Source: a virus
Strand: one strand, 5' to 3'
DNA length: 64,000 bases
Virus record (IMG/VR): IMGVR_UViG_3300046786_000748
Coordinates: 1-64,000 of that record
Shown here: one piece after another, positions 56,444 through 64,000 of the stretch
How positions within the stretch are numbered: the stretch's first letter is position 1
Layout: each line of letters opens with the position of its first letter
Made by a program: the position numbers and the translations under genes
Notes under the pieces: generated by a model
The model's input: only the letters and a program-made list of their open reading frames with translations
What the model was told of the DNA's origin: nothing
Databases searched by the model: none

Positions 56444-56665
56444 TCAATCGCTCATATCAGCGTGATGAACATATTTACACTCATCACAAATTGTTACTAC
56501 ATCCGTACATCTATTCATATACTGCGAATTATCAAATTCCCGAGTTTTGTGTTTTGCTTCCATACACTCTTTGACTTTTGGATGATTCCATAATTGCCAT
56601 CCCAAATCAGTGTAATCAACGGGTTTAACAAAACGACCTGCGTTTGGATTTCTTATTAAGACCAT
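56444..56665 (-). CDS. Small Cys/His-containing hypothetical protein (possible Zn ribbon)
   Basis: C...H and CDEC; directly behind a sigma70-type promoter. Confidence 0.6.
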   Translation of the reverse strand: MVLIRNPNAGRFVKPVDYTDLGWQLWNHPKVKECMEAKHKTREFDNSQYMNRCTDVVTICDECKYVHHADMSD

Positions 56666-56671
56666 GATAAG

Positions 56672-56700
56672 ATAATAAACGAAAAAAGAGAGAATGTCAA
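56672..56700 (-). promoter_or_regulatory. sigma70-type early promoter TTGACA-17-TATTAT, probably leaderless
   Basis: -35 at 56695-56700, -10 at 56672-56677; ATG 56665 begins 6 nt after the -10 box. Confidence 0.7.
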
Positions 56701-56713
56701 TTCTCTCTTTTTT
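56682..56713 (-). terminator. Hairpin terminator overlapping the -35 box
   Basis: aaaaaagagagaa(t)-gtca-(a)ttctctctttttt perfect inverted repeat immediately after the nucleotidyltransferase stop. Confidence 0.7.
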
Positions 56714-56715
56714 GT

Positions 56716-57834
56716 TTAACGAAGACGTTTGATGTCGTGATATAAACCGTTGATTTTTTTAAAGTCAACTGTTTTTGGAAGTTTGGTGACTTTGTATGCT
56801 TCGTCCAATTTAACTTGCATTTCTTCGGCATACTCCATCACCTTATCATAACTCCAAGCACCCTTCTTGATTGATAAGATTTCGTCTCGATCTGGCCTTT
56901 TAACGATTACTTTGCCTTCCGTTAAGATTTCATAACCCATTCTCATCAACCTAACAAGGTGTGAAGCGTGTTTCGTGTCATATCCTGATTTCTCTTCAAG
57001 AACAGCACGTTCTTTGTTACGATTCTTCTTCCAGTTAACCCAAGACTGATATTTCTCAACCGATCTTTTATAAGCGTATTCAGCTTGAATCAACTTAGCA
57101 ACCTGTTCTGACAAACCAAGGTCATGAACAAGTTTTTGTTGAGCAGATAACCAATAGGCTTCCGGCCAATTATCCCAAGAAACAGATGCTCCAGAAACTT
57201 CTATGATTAACTCCCAGATAGTTTCTTTCAAATCATTTCTCGTCATTTCATCCAAAGGAAACTTGCTAAGGTTCCATTCTTCAAGCTTCTGCTTGACATA
57301 CTTGTTAACCTCGTCAAATCCCCTCGGTGAAGTATCAGGAAGACCAAAATCGGCCCGAGAAGGCTCTTTTAATTCTCCTTCGACAATCCATTTTCGGTGT
57401 CTTTCGATTTTAGCTGCCTGAGCAAAGGCATATCCACTAAACGTGAACTTTGCTTTTGAACTCAAGAATAAATCTCTGTGTTCAAATAAAGAAGATATGC
57501 TCTTATGATACATCAACCTATCGCTTTCATGAGTCCACAATAACTCGATGATGTTTGGGTTAATGTTTGCTGCCAAGATAAAAAACTTTCTCAAAGAATA
57601 AACCGTAGACTCCAGTTTTGGGTTCTTGGGGTTCTTGAGATAAGCACATTGAACTTCAACATCAGGATGATTTTCCGCCTGTTCAAAGTGTTGAAACAAG
57701 TCGTTTTCCACTTCGTCCGGAGGAATACAAATCCCTTTAACGTCAACGTCAGAGGATTCCGTAGCAAGACCATACGCTCGACTTCCGTGGACCGTTAAAT
57801 ATACGAGATTGTCTTTTAACCAGTTAAGATTCAT
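56716..57834 (-). CDS. Pol-beta superfamily nucleotidyltransferase (PF10127 / RlaP-like)
   Basis: HGSRAYGLATESSDVDVKGI (GS-x10-DxD), NPNIIELLW, YDTKHASHLVRL motifs; start moved to ATG 57834. Confidence 0.85.
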   Translation of the reverse strand: MNLNWLKDNLVYLTVHGSRAYGLATESSDVDVKGICIPPDEVENDLFQHFEQAENHPDVEVQCAYLKNPKNPKLESTVYSLRKFFILAANINPNIIELLWTHESDRLMYHKSISSLFEHRDLFLSSKAKFTFSGYAFAQAAKIERHRKWIVEGELKEPSRADFGLPDTSPRGFDEVNKYVKQKLEEWNLSKFPLDEMTRNDLKETIWELIIEVSGASVSWDNWPEAYWLSAQQKLVHDLGLSEQVAKLIQAEYAYKRSVEKYQSWVNWKKNRNKERAVLEEKSGYDTKHASHLVRLMRMGYEILTEGKVIVKRPDRDEILSIKKGAWSYDKVMEYAEEMQVKLDEAYKVTKLPKTVDFKKINGLYHDIKRLR

Positions 57835-57841
57835 AATAACT

Positions 57842-57870
57842 ACTTTACAGTATAAAAACAGAAGAGTCAA
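57842..57870 (-). promoter_or_regulatory. sigma70-type promoter TTGACT-17-TAAAGT, near-leaderless
   Basis: -35 at 57865-57870, -10 at 57842-57847, 7 nt before ATG 57834. Confidence 0.55.
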
Positions 57871-57872
57871 AC

Positions 57873-57902
57873 AAAAAGCCCCTTCCGGTTAAGAAAGGGG
57901 CT
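57873..57902 (-). terminator. Rho-independent terminator after the prohead protease gene
   Basis: agcccctt/aaggggct stem with T-tract on the minus strand. Confidence 0.75.
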
Positions 57903-57924
57903 CAACAACAACATGAATTACAAT

Positions 57925-58542
57925 TTAAACGATTTCACTGAAAATGTCTTGAATGATACTTTCTGCTGTAACCCATTTTCCGTTAATTGGGTTTTGTACA
58001 ACTTGTTTTACACCTTCTGTTAAAGCACCAGATGGAAACATAAATGCTCCTCTTGTTGAAGGATTGGAAACAAAATCAAAAGCAATCAATTCAAAATCGT
58101 CTTGAACCTGATCAACACCTTCGGAAATTTTCTTAATAGTTCCAAGACCACGACTGGAAATTCCAAGACGAATGTTGGAACGGAAAAGTTCTTTCAAGAT
58201 GTTACCGCTTGGAGTTCCAAGAACTTCAACGGTTCCCATAAGATCTTTACCTTCCCAATGCATTTCAATTATGTTATGGGAAACGTTTTTGAGGTTAACT
58301 ACTTGAGATTCTGGATGATCAAGTTCACCAAGAGCACGTCTTTCTTTTATAAAACCCTCTGTATATTTTTGGGCCTCACGCATTAGAGTTTCATATGGAT
58401 AACTACGTCCATTTTGGTTTGTGGCTTCTGCACGCTGGAGAATGCCCTTTACAACGAATGGACCTTTACCGGATAAGGCTTCGGTAAGAGTTTGTCTCAA
58501 AGGTTCAAACGTTATTACGTCAATTAAGAGTTTCTTTTCCAT
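57925..58542 (-). CDS. gp21: Prohead core protein protease (T4 gp21-like)
   Basis: NQNGRSYP, RALGELDHP, VSHNI, TPSGNI, LGISSRGLG, DFVSNPS motifs. Confidence 0.95.
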   Translation of the reverse strand: MEKKLLIDVITFEPLRQTLTEALSGKGPFVVKGILQRAEATNQNGRSYPYETLMREAQKYTEGFIKERRALGELDHPESQVVNLKNVSHNIIEMHWEGKDLMGTVEVLGTPSGNILKELFRSNIRLGISSRGLGTIKKISEGVDQVQDDFELIAFDFVSNPSTRGAFMFPSGALTEGVKQVVQNPINGKWVTAESIIQDIFSEIV

Positions 58543-58543
58543 A

Positions 58544-59014
58544 TTATCTTCCTAAAGCTGGTTGTTTACCTGCTCCAGTAGGTTGTTGACCTTGAGGGTT
58601 TACAGGCGGTTGTGAAGGTTGTTGAACCGTTGGTTCCGGTTGTTGTGGAGTTTCTGCTGCTCCTGGTTCTGGAGCAATACCACCACCAACAACTTTAATT
58701 TTGTAACCGGCTGTTAAAAAATGTTCTTTGTTATTTTCGTTTTTCAATACAACAACCCAATCATCATAAAAGTCGTTTATATTGACGCCGGTAACTCTAC
58801 TAATTGTATAATCTTTGACAGGTTGTTTGTATCCTCTTGAGGCATTGACAACCACAGATTTGTTTAAAATTTTAGAAGCAAGAGCTTTTTCAAACTTTGA
58901 CTTAGCTTGTTCAGTTGTAGAGTTTATCGTGGATTTAAACGCATCAAAATCTCTGGTCCAGTCATAAAACTGTCCCTGATCAACCTGTTCAAGAATGTGG
59001 GATAAAAGCATCAT
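58544..59014 (-). CDS. Hypothetical protein, candidate internal head protein
   Basis: MMLLSHILE leader; Pro/Gln-rich tail; in the portal-protease operon. Confidence 0.65.
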   Translation of the reverse strand: MMLLSHILEQVDQGQFYDWTRDFDAFKSTINSTTEQAKSKFEKALASKILNKSVVVNASRGYKQPVKDYTISRVTGVNINDFYDDWVVVLKNENNKEHFLTAGYKIKVVGGGIAPEPGAAETPQQPEPTVQQPSQPPVNPQGQQPTGAGKQPALGR

Positions 59015-59721
59015 TAGGTTACCTTTCCACCAACACTTTTGGCAGCAATAGATTTCATTTTTTTCCTATCAGGATCAGGATCTACCCAATTTTTACCGTA
59101 AAATCCTTGAGCAGCAGATGTTCCTGTCATCTCGTCTATATCACCCTTCCACTTCTTATCACGGTTTCTATCATACTTTGGTTTAGGACCTTCTTTTCCC
59201 TGACCGTGTATTCTCGAAACGGGATTTACATCACCCCAAGATTTTCTAACTTTTGGTGTAGAAGGAGCTTTTATTGTAATACTTCCTTCTTTGATATTAT
59301 GCATTTTTTTAAAAGTTTCGTAAGAATAAGTTACATCACCAGCAGTTGAATAAACAGCAACATCAATCTTTCCATTTGGATACCTGGCATTCACAAATTC
59401 ATATTTAGTCCCACCCATTATAAAAGGCTCTTCGCCTGTACGTCTACTATGGTATTCAACATATTGCGGATCTTCTTCGACTTCATCCAATCCTCCTAAT
59501 CCCATTTTATTAAGTTGATCGGTTCCAGCTTTTAAATCATCCATCTGTTTGTTATAATCAACTTTTGGTGGTTTTCCTGGTTTTGAACTTGGAGTAGGTG
59601 TTGTAAACCCATCGGGTTTATCACCCCAATTGCCATGTTTATCTAACTGTTGGACACCATTTTCAATTAGGACTTCTTTAATACATTCCCTAATGAGTTT
59701 TTTAAATTCTTTCTTATCCAT
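59014..59721 (-). CDS. Hypothetical protein, candidate prohead core / internal protein
   Basis: MDKKEFKKLIRECIKEVLIE leader and internal LDE, IKE, IDE sites. Confidence 0.65.
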   Translation of the reverse strand: MDKKEFKKLIRECIKEVLIENGVQQLDKHGNWGDKPDGFTTPTPSSKPGKPPKVDYNKQMDDLKAGTDQLNKMGLGGLDEVEEDPQYVEYHSRRTGEEPFIMGGTKYEFVNARYPNGKIDVAVYSTAGDVTYSYETFKKMHNIKEGSITIKAPSTPKVRKSWGDVNPVSRIHGQGKEGPKPKYDRNRDKKWKGDIDEMTGTSAAQGFYGKNWVDPDPDRKKMKSIAAKSVGGKVT

Positions 59722-60613
59722 TTGGAGCCTCTTCCTTCTTCAATTGTTTCGTAACTTCTTTTAAAAGTTCATAGGAAAGCAAAAGTGACATAATTTGGTT
59801 ATCTTTAACTATACTGTTTGTAGGTCTAACTTTATCAAGTTGTTTGGTCACTTCGTTAATTTTGATCTTTATTACTTCTGAATCCAAAATTTTACCTGAA
59901 ACCTCAACAAGCTTTTGTTTTACTTCATCTATCTTGCCACAAACATATTCACCAAGAGAATTGGTATTACTTACATTATTGATGTATTCACGTAATATAG
60001 ATTTTTGATTATCATCCAAATTGGAATATTTCTTGTTAAGACCTTCGACCAAAAGTTTATAAGAAAGCAATCTGATATCTTCTGACTGTTGTTGATAAAA
60101 TTTTATCAACTCTTCGGATTCAGTGATGGATCTTTTATTTGAATCGGCTATGTTTTCAATAATACAAGTTTTTGCTTGAAATACTTCTTTTACGTCAAAC
60201 TTAGCATCTTTAGAGGAAGCATCTTCAAAAATTTTGTAAGTTGAAGCTAAAACTTTATAATTCTTAATACTGGCTTTTAGAAACTGATCTATAGGATATA
60301 ACTCTTTCATTTCCTTGATTAAGTTATACTTTTCTTCCGCCAACTTGTTATTGTGAAGTTTCTTTCTCTGTTCTACAATTACAGATAAAAACCGTTCTGC
60401 GTGAACTTCATCTTTAACTTTTTCGTTAAGCAAAAAATTATAAAGACGCCACTCCTTACCCAGTTCAGTATTTTCCTTGAAATACTTGAAGAGCAAGGTT
60501 TTAGCTTCGGAGTTTTCTTTCCCAGCTAGGATGTCGGCAGTAATTTGTTTAGTCAAGAGCTCAAACAAAATGCCTGTGTTTCTAAATTTACTATGACGCA
60601 ATTTTTTTTGCAT
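59714..60613 (-). CDS. Conserved helical prohead-core-like protein
   Basis: HSKFRNTGILFELL, EKYNLIKE, NYKVLAS.YKIFE motifs; immediately downstream of portal; start placed at ATG 60613 behind TATTTATA at 60636-60643. Confidence 0.65.
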   Translation of the reverse strand: MQKKLRHSKFRNTGILFELLTKQITADILAGKENSEAKTLLFKYFKENTELGKEWRLYNFLLNEKVKDEVHAERFLSVIVEQRKKLHNNKLAEEKYNLIKEMKELYPIDQFLKASIKNYKVLASTYKIFEDASSKDAKFDVKEVFQAKTCIIENIADSNKRSITESEELIKFYQQQSEDIRLLSYKLLVEGLNKKYSNLDDNQKSILREYINNVSNTNSLGEYVCGKIDEVKQKLVEVSGKILDSEVIKIKINEVTKQLDKVRPTNSIVKDNQIMSLLLSYELLKEVTKQLKKEEAPNG

Positions 60614-60678
60614 ATACTTACTCTTCAACTTAATTTATAAATATTTATAGACTTTCCCATAATATAGAAATATTTACC

Positions 60679-63600
60679 TTATTCTAATATGTTGGCTTCG
60701 TCCAAAATTGATTTATCTTTGGATTCTGTCATTAATTCTTTCTTGACATCTTTACCGGATGACATGAAATTATCTAAACTATTAAAAACACTCTTCATTT
60801 CCAACGCCAGTGGACTTTCCTTACTTACTTTTGGAGTGAGAGTTCGATCTGTCTTGGATGAATCACGGGTTCTTTCCAAATCTCCTAAAGGATCTTCGCC
60901 GAACGGATAGTCAGACGCTTTCTTTTCGCCTGCTTGTGAAGGCCTTACATAATCATGAGCCGACTCTCCTTGTTTTTCAGAAACTACTACAGATTCTTTA
61001 ACTGGACCCTCTTCTCCAGGACCACCTTCCGGTCCACCGCCAGGTTCACCCTCCGGACCACCTTCTTCGTCTCCTAAATCAGGTCCTGATCCGCCTCCGC
61101 CACCTGGACCGGACAATCCACCACCATCACCATCACCATCACCACCATCTGATTGTGGATTAATCTTCTTGAATGGTTTAGCTGGGTCGTTACCATCTTC
61201 GGTAATCTGTTTCAATCTCCAAAGTTGCTTACAATCTTCCACAACATCTTGTTCATTTTTTTGAATGTCATCATCCGACATACGAAAAATCTTCTTGAAA
61301 ACAAACTTTCTTGAAAAGAATGGGCCGGAACTATCACTCATCTCCGACATTGTTTTAGCATTTTCCATCTTAGCAGCCCAAATTTCCATCTTTTCTTTCT
61401 CAAACACAGTGGATGGATTAGTTAAACCAATAGTAAAATCTACGATAGAAGCGTCTCTATAACCTTGAGCATATAAATGAACTTGAGCAATCTTATTAAG
61501 TTCAGAAATAACCATCTTTTGAATACGAGAAATTGTTCTAGCAAATCTGACATCTTCTGCTGCTAAAGTAGCTTTTCCAGAGGTATTTTCATCAAAACCA
61601 ATGAAAGGTTTTGGAACCTTGAAAGCTGCCATCATTTTGTTTTTCACATACTCCAAGTCATCAATTCCAGTAAATTCCATGCCAGGAAGAGTATCAATTG
61701 ACGTTCCTGAATCGGCTCCACGGGTAGGAAGGAAAATATCTTCCACCATGTTCATGAGGTTAAACCGAAGATTGTAGTCACCAGTTCTCTCGTCAATATA
61801 AGGAACTTTCTTCATCTTAGAGATGATTTGTTCCATAAAATTATCAACTTCGTTTGGTGGAATGTTGCCGATATCAATCTTGAAAATTCTCTTTTCAGGG
61901 GCTCTCATAATACGATGAATTAACATTGCATCTTCAAGTAATGAAAGCTGCTTCCAAACACGACGGCCGGGCTCAATCATTGACCGACCATAAGGTAGAA
62001 AGTTTGAATCCGCAAGCAATCGAAAGTGAGCTACTTGAAAAGATTCAAGAATTTCCGCTTGTGATGTATCGACGGGTCTAATTTGAAATTTAACGTAGTT
62101 TTTGTTAAGAGGGTCTGAATTTTCAATACGTTCTACGTTATAAGCAGAAATAGGTTCTACAAGGTAAACTCCGTATTCAGGACTTATGTTAAGTTTGAGA
62201 TAGAAATCTCCATACTTACACATGTTTCTAATCCAAGACCAAAGGTTGAATTCGACATTTAAAATATCGTAGAATAGGTTATGAAGAATATCTTTGATGT
62301 TGTTATTTTTGGAATCAATAGTCAACATTTCACCCATTTCATTCTCAGTAAGACATTCATCAGCATAAATGTCCAATACAGAAGATATGATCGGATCCAT
62401 ATCCATTGTATTGTGGACGAAACAACTATCAGTTGCAAAGTTTTGATATTTTTCTACAGTAACATCATAAACTTCTATTTCTCCAACATATTCGATGGAC
62501 ACTATTTTATGATTTAATGTAGAAACAATTTCTTGTTTAAAAGTATCCCAATCATACTCACCGTCTATCAGCCTGTTACGAACTGTAGAATAATCGCATC
62601 CAACATATTTACTTAATCCAAATATATCTAATTTTCCGTAAGTTTTGTAATATTCAAACGCATAATCACTTATAATATCAAAACTAATATCGTTTCTTGC
62701 ATTTGGATTTCTAAATCTAGATTGATTTCTCTTTTTTAACGATGTTTTTAACGATTCTGAACGAAGTTGATTTGATTTTTTAGAATGTGATTTTCCATAA
62801 AACGGATTGTTTTTTCCAGCACGTTTGCCATTCCACTTATTAAACTTTCTGTTTTTATAACCATCAGATGATTGAACTTTTTCAATAGTTTTTTGTTTAT
62901 TTGCAGGAGACCATATAACATCATTATTTAAATGCATATGAAATGCTCTATGGTCCGAATCCGTCATAATTTGAAGATTTGACGGTAGATTGTTAGTTTT
63001 ATCAAAGTTTCTATGATGAACTACTTCATTATCATTCAATGGTCGTTCAAACTGTTCTGCAACAATAACATGTTCAGATTGCCATCCTTTTGAAAAGTTA
63101 TAAATAGATCTATATCCATTATTATAGAAATCTTTTTGATAGAACGGCATTACAGATTCACCGACAGATAAATTCTCAAGTTTTTTATATTCTCCATTTC
63201 GCATTAAAAACGGATGTCCGGCACTGCCTATAACATATTGTCCATTATCAAAAATAACTTTCCACGATTTTCTAGCACCACCTTCTTTTTTACGAGGATG
63301 ATAGGCCTTTCCAAGTTTTATAGAATCGGTTTCGTGGTCATATGAAAATACTAAAAATCGTTCTTGTGGATTGTCTTTATATTTCTCCGCAAGTTCTGCT
63401 ATTGTTGGAGTAGTCCCATCAGGCAGTGGTATTATTGTATCTGGTCCTACGCAATCGTAGTCACGGAAAAGGTCTAATCTGGCTGCTTGATAAGATAAAG
63501 CGAAATCACGGGTATATGCGTTTACGTTTGATGAACGAACTCGGTTCCATCTATCTCTAAACGAATTTCGGTCAGTCGCATACTGAATTTCATCGCTATC

Positions 63601-63741
63601 TTTTATCTTGAGTTTCTTCCCACCAACGTTTCTTACTATTACATCAGTTGAAAACAATCTCTTTAAACGAGCATATAGTGATTGTTGTTTTACATCAATC
63701 ACGTCGTCTACAGATATCCTTGTTAAATTGTTAGTGGCCAT
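60679..63741 (-). CDS. gp20: Portal vertex protein (T4 gp20-like) containing an intein
   Basis: DPIISSVLDIYADE, WIRNMCKYGDF, LLEDAMLIHRIMRAPEKRIFKIDIGNIPP, IDTLPG, EDVRFARTI motifs; acidic Gly-rich C-terminal tail. Confidence 0.92.
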   Translation of the reverse strand: MATNNLTRISVDDVIDVKQQSLYARLKRLFSTDVIVRNVGGKKLKIKDSDEIQYATDRNSFRDRWNRVRSSNVNAYTRDFALSYQAARLDLFRDYDCVGPDTIIPLPDGTTPTIAELAEKYKDNPQERFLVFSYDHETDSIKLGKAYHPRKKEGGARKSWKVIFDNGQYVIGSAGHPFLMRNGEYKKLENLSVGESVMPFYQKDFYNNGYRSIYNFSKGWQSEHVIVAEQFERPLNDNEVVHHRNFDKTNNLPSNLQIMTDSDHRAFHMHLNNDVIWSPANKQKTIEKVQSSDGYKNRKFNKWNGKRAGKNNPFYGKSHSKKSNQLRSESLKTSLKKRNQSRFRNPNARNDISFDIISDYAFEYYKTYGKLDIFGLSKYVGCDYSTVRNRLIDGEYDWDTFKQEIVSTLNHKIVSIEYVGEIEVYDVTVEKYQNFATDSCFVHNTMDMDPIISSVLDIYADECLTENEMGEMLTIDSKNNNIKDILHNLFYDILNVEFNLWSWIRNMCKYGDFYLKLNISPEYGVYLVEPISAYNVERIENSDPLNKNYVKFQIRPVDTSQAEILESFQVAHFRLLADSNFLPYGRSMIEPGRRVWKQLSLLEDAMLIHRIMRAPEKRIFKIDIGNIPPNEVDNFMEQIISKMKKVPYIDERTGDYNLRFNLMNMVEDIFLPTRGADSGTSIDTLPGMEFTGIDDLEYVKNKMMAAFKVPKPFIGFDENTSGKATLAAEDVRFARTISRIQKMVISELNKIAQVHLYAQGYRDASIVDFTIGLTNPSTVFEKEKMEIWAAKMENAKTMSEMSDSSGPFFSRKFVFKKIFRMSDDDIQKNEQDVVEDCKQLWRLKQITEDGNDPAKPFKKINPQSDGGDGDGDGGGLSGPGGGGGSGPDLGDEEGGPEGEPGGGPEGGPGEEGPVKESVVVSEKQGESAHDYVRPSQAGEKKASDYPFGEDPLGDLERTRDSSKTDRTLTPKVSKESPLALEMKSVFNSLDNFMSSGKDVKKELMTESKDKSILDEANILE
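62410..63453 (-). mobile_element. Intein (348 aa) with HNH homing endonuclease
   Basis: Starts C97 (YD|CVGPDT), block B SAGHPF, ends EVYDVTVEKYQNF...FVHN|T; internal EHVIVAE...VVHHRNFDKTNN..SNL HNH motif and NUMOD3-like GKNNPFYGKSHS. Confidence 0.92.
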
Positions 63742-63760
63742 AAATCTTTAAACTACCATG

Positions 63761-63768
63761 TATAAATA
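63761..63768 (-). promoter_or_regulatory. TATTTATA late-promoter-like motif
   Basis: 19 nt before the portal ATG at 63741. Confidence 0.6.
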
Positions 63769-63783
63769 TATGTCAAATCACGG

Positions 63784-64000
63784 TTATAATAACCATTTAA
63801 GACTTTCTACTTGTCCTTGTCTCCCAAGTTTCATATTCCAAGCCTCCTGACCAGTATTTGCGGTTCTGTTGGTGAAAACCGGAGCAGAACCGGTGTATTG
63901 AACTCTTTCTATTTTATCCATCATAATTCGGTTATAAGCCATAGATTCGTGTTTCAACCTTAATGCGGTATCTCTAACCCATAAACCTATGCCTAATGCC
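63784..64000 (-). CDS. Terminase large subunit, C-terminal fragment (gene starts beyond the window)
   Basis: Hand translation: ALGIGLWVRDTALRLKHES...QVESLKWLL*; resembles the tail that follows the terminal D-D-x-V-M nuclease motif of T4-like terminases; directly upstream of portal. Confidence 0.65.
   Translation of the reverse strand, partial: ALGIGLWVRDTALRLKHESMAYNRIMMDKIERVQYTGSAPVFTNRTANTGQEAWNMKLGRQGQVESLKWLL

Noticed and set aside
1-64000. Stop-codon reassignment, tRNA or rRNA genes
   Set aside because: Genes are full length and densely packed under the standard code; no intergenic region shows a tRNA cloverleaf or rRNA signature by eye

Overview
AT-rich 64-kb segment of a large T4-like (gp13/14/15/20/21/22/23-type) tailed dsDNA phage, standard genetic code. 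Right half, mostly on the minus strand: 3' end of the large terminase, portal with an HNH intein, prohead-core-like genes, prohead protease, a sigma70-driven early accessory block (nucleotidyltransferase, MbcA/ParS-like antitoxin domain, NADAR, FkbM methyltransferase, dCMP deaminase, pyrimidine-dimer-glycosylase-like), scaffold and major capsid protein. Left and middle: neck/terminator genes, two clusters of very Ser/Thr-rich fibre or appendage proteins (up to 3888 aa), two glycosyltransferases, a second FkbM methyltransferase, a 2H phosphoesterase plus CCA-adding enzyme operon and three free-standing homing-type endonucleases. Main signals not explained by ordinary annotation: (1) a shared N-terminal M-I-K-L-K-x-L-L-x-E leader, resembling a capsid-targeting/prohead-protease signal, on about 8-10 proteins including a CCA-adding enzyme, a Nudix hydrolase, an HExxH protein and a SWIM-finger protein, suggesting an enzyme payload packaged in the virion; (2) pervasive [S/T]-[G/A/S]-S tripeptides concentrated in exterior virion proteins encoded near glycosyl- and methyltransferases, suggesting sequon-directed virion glycosylation; (3) a 9-aa exact copy of a major-capsid motif, in synonymous codons, at the C-terminus of an unrelated protein; (4) a TATTTATA motif upstream of late genes, the reverse complement of the T4 late promoter. 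All functional calls come from reading motifs by eye; no database searches were run.
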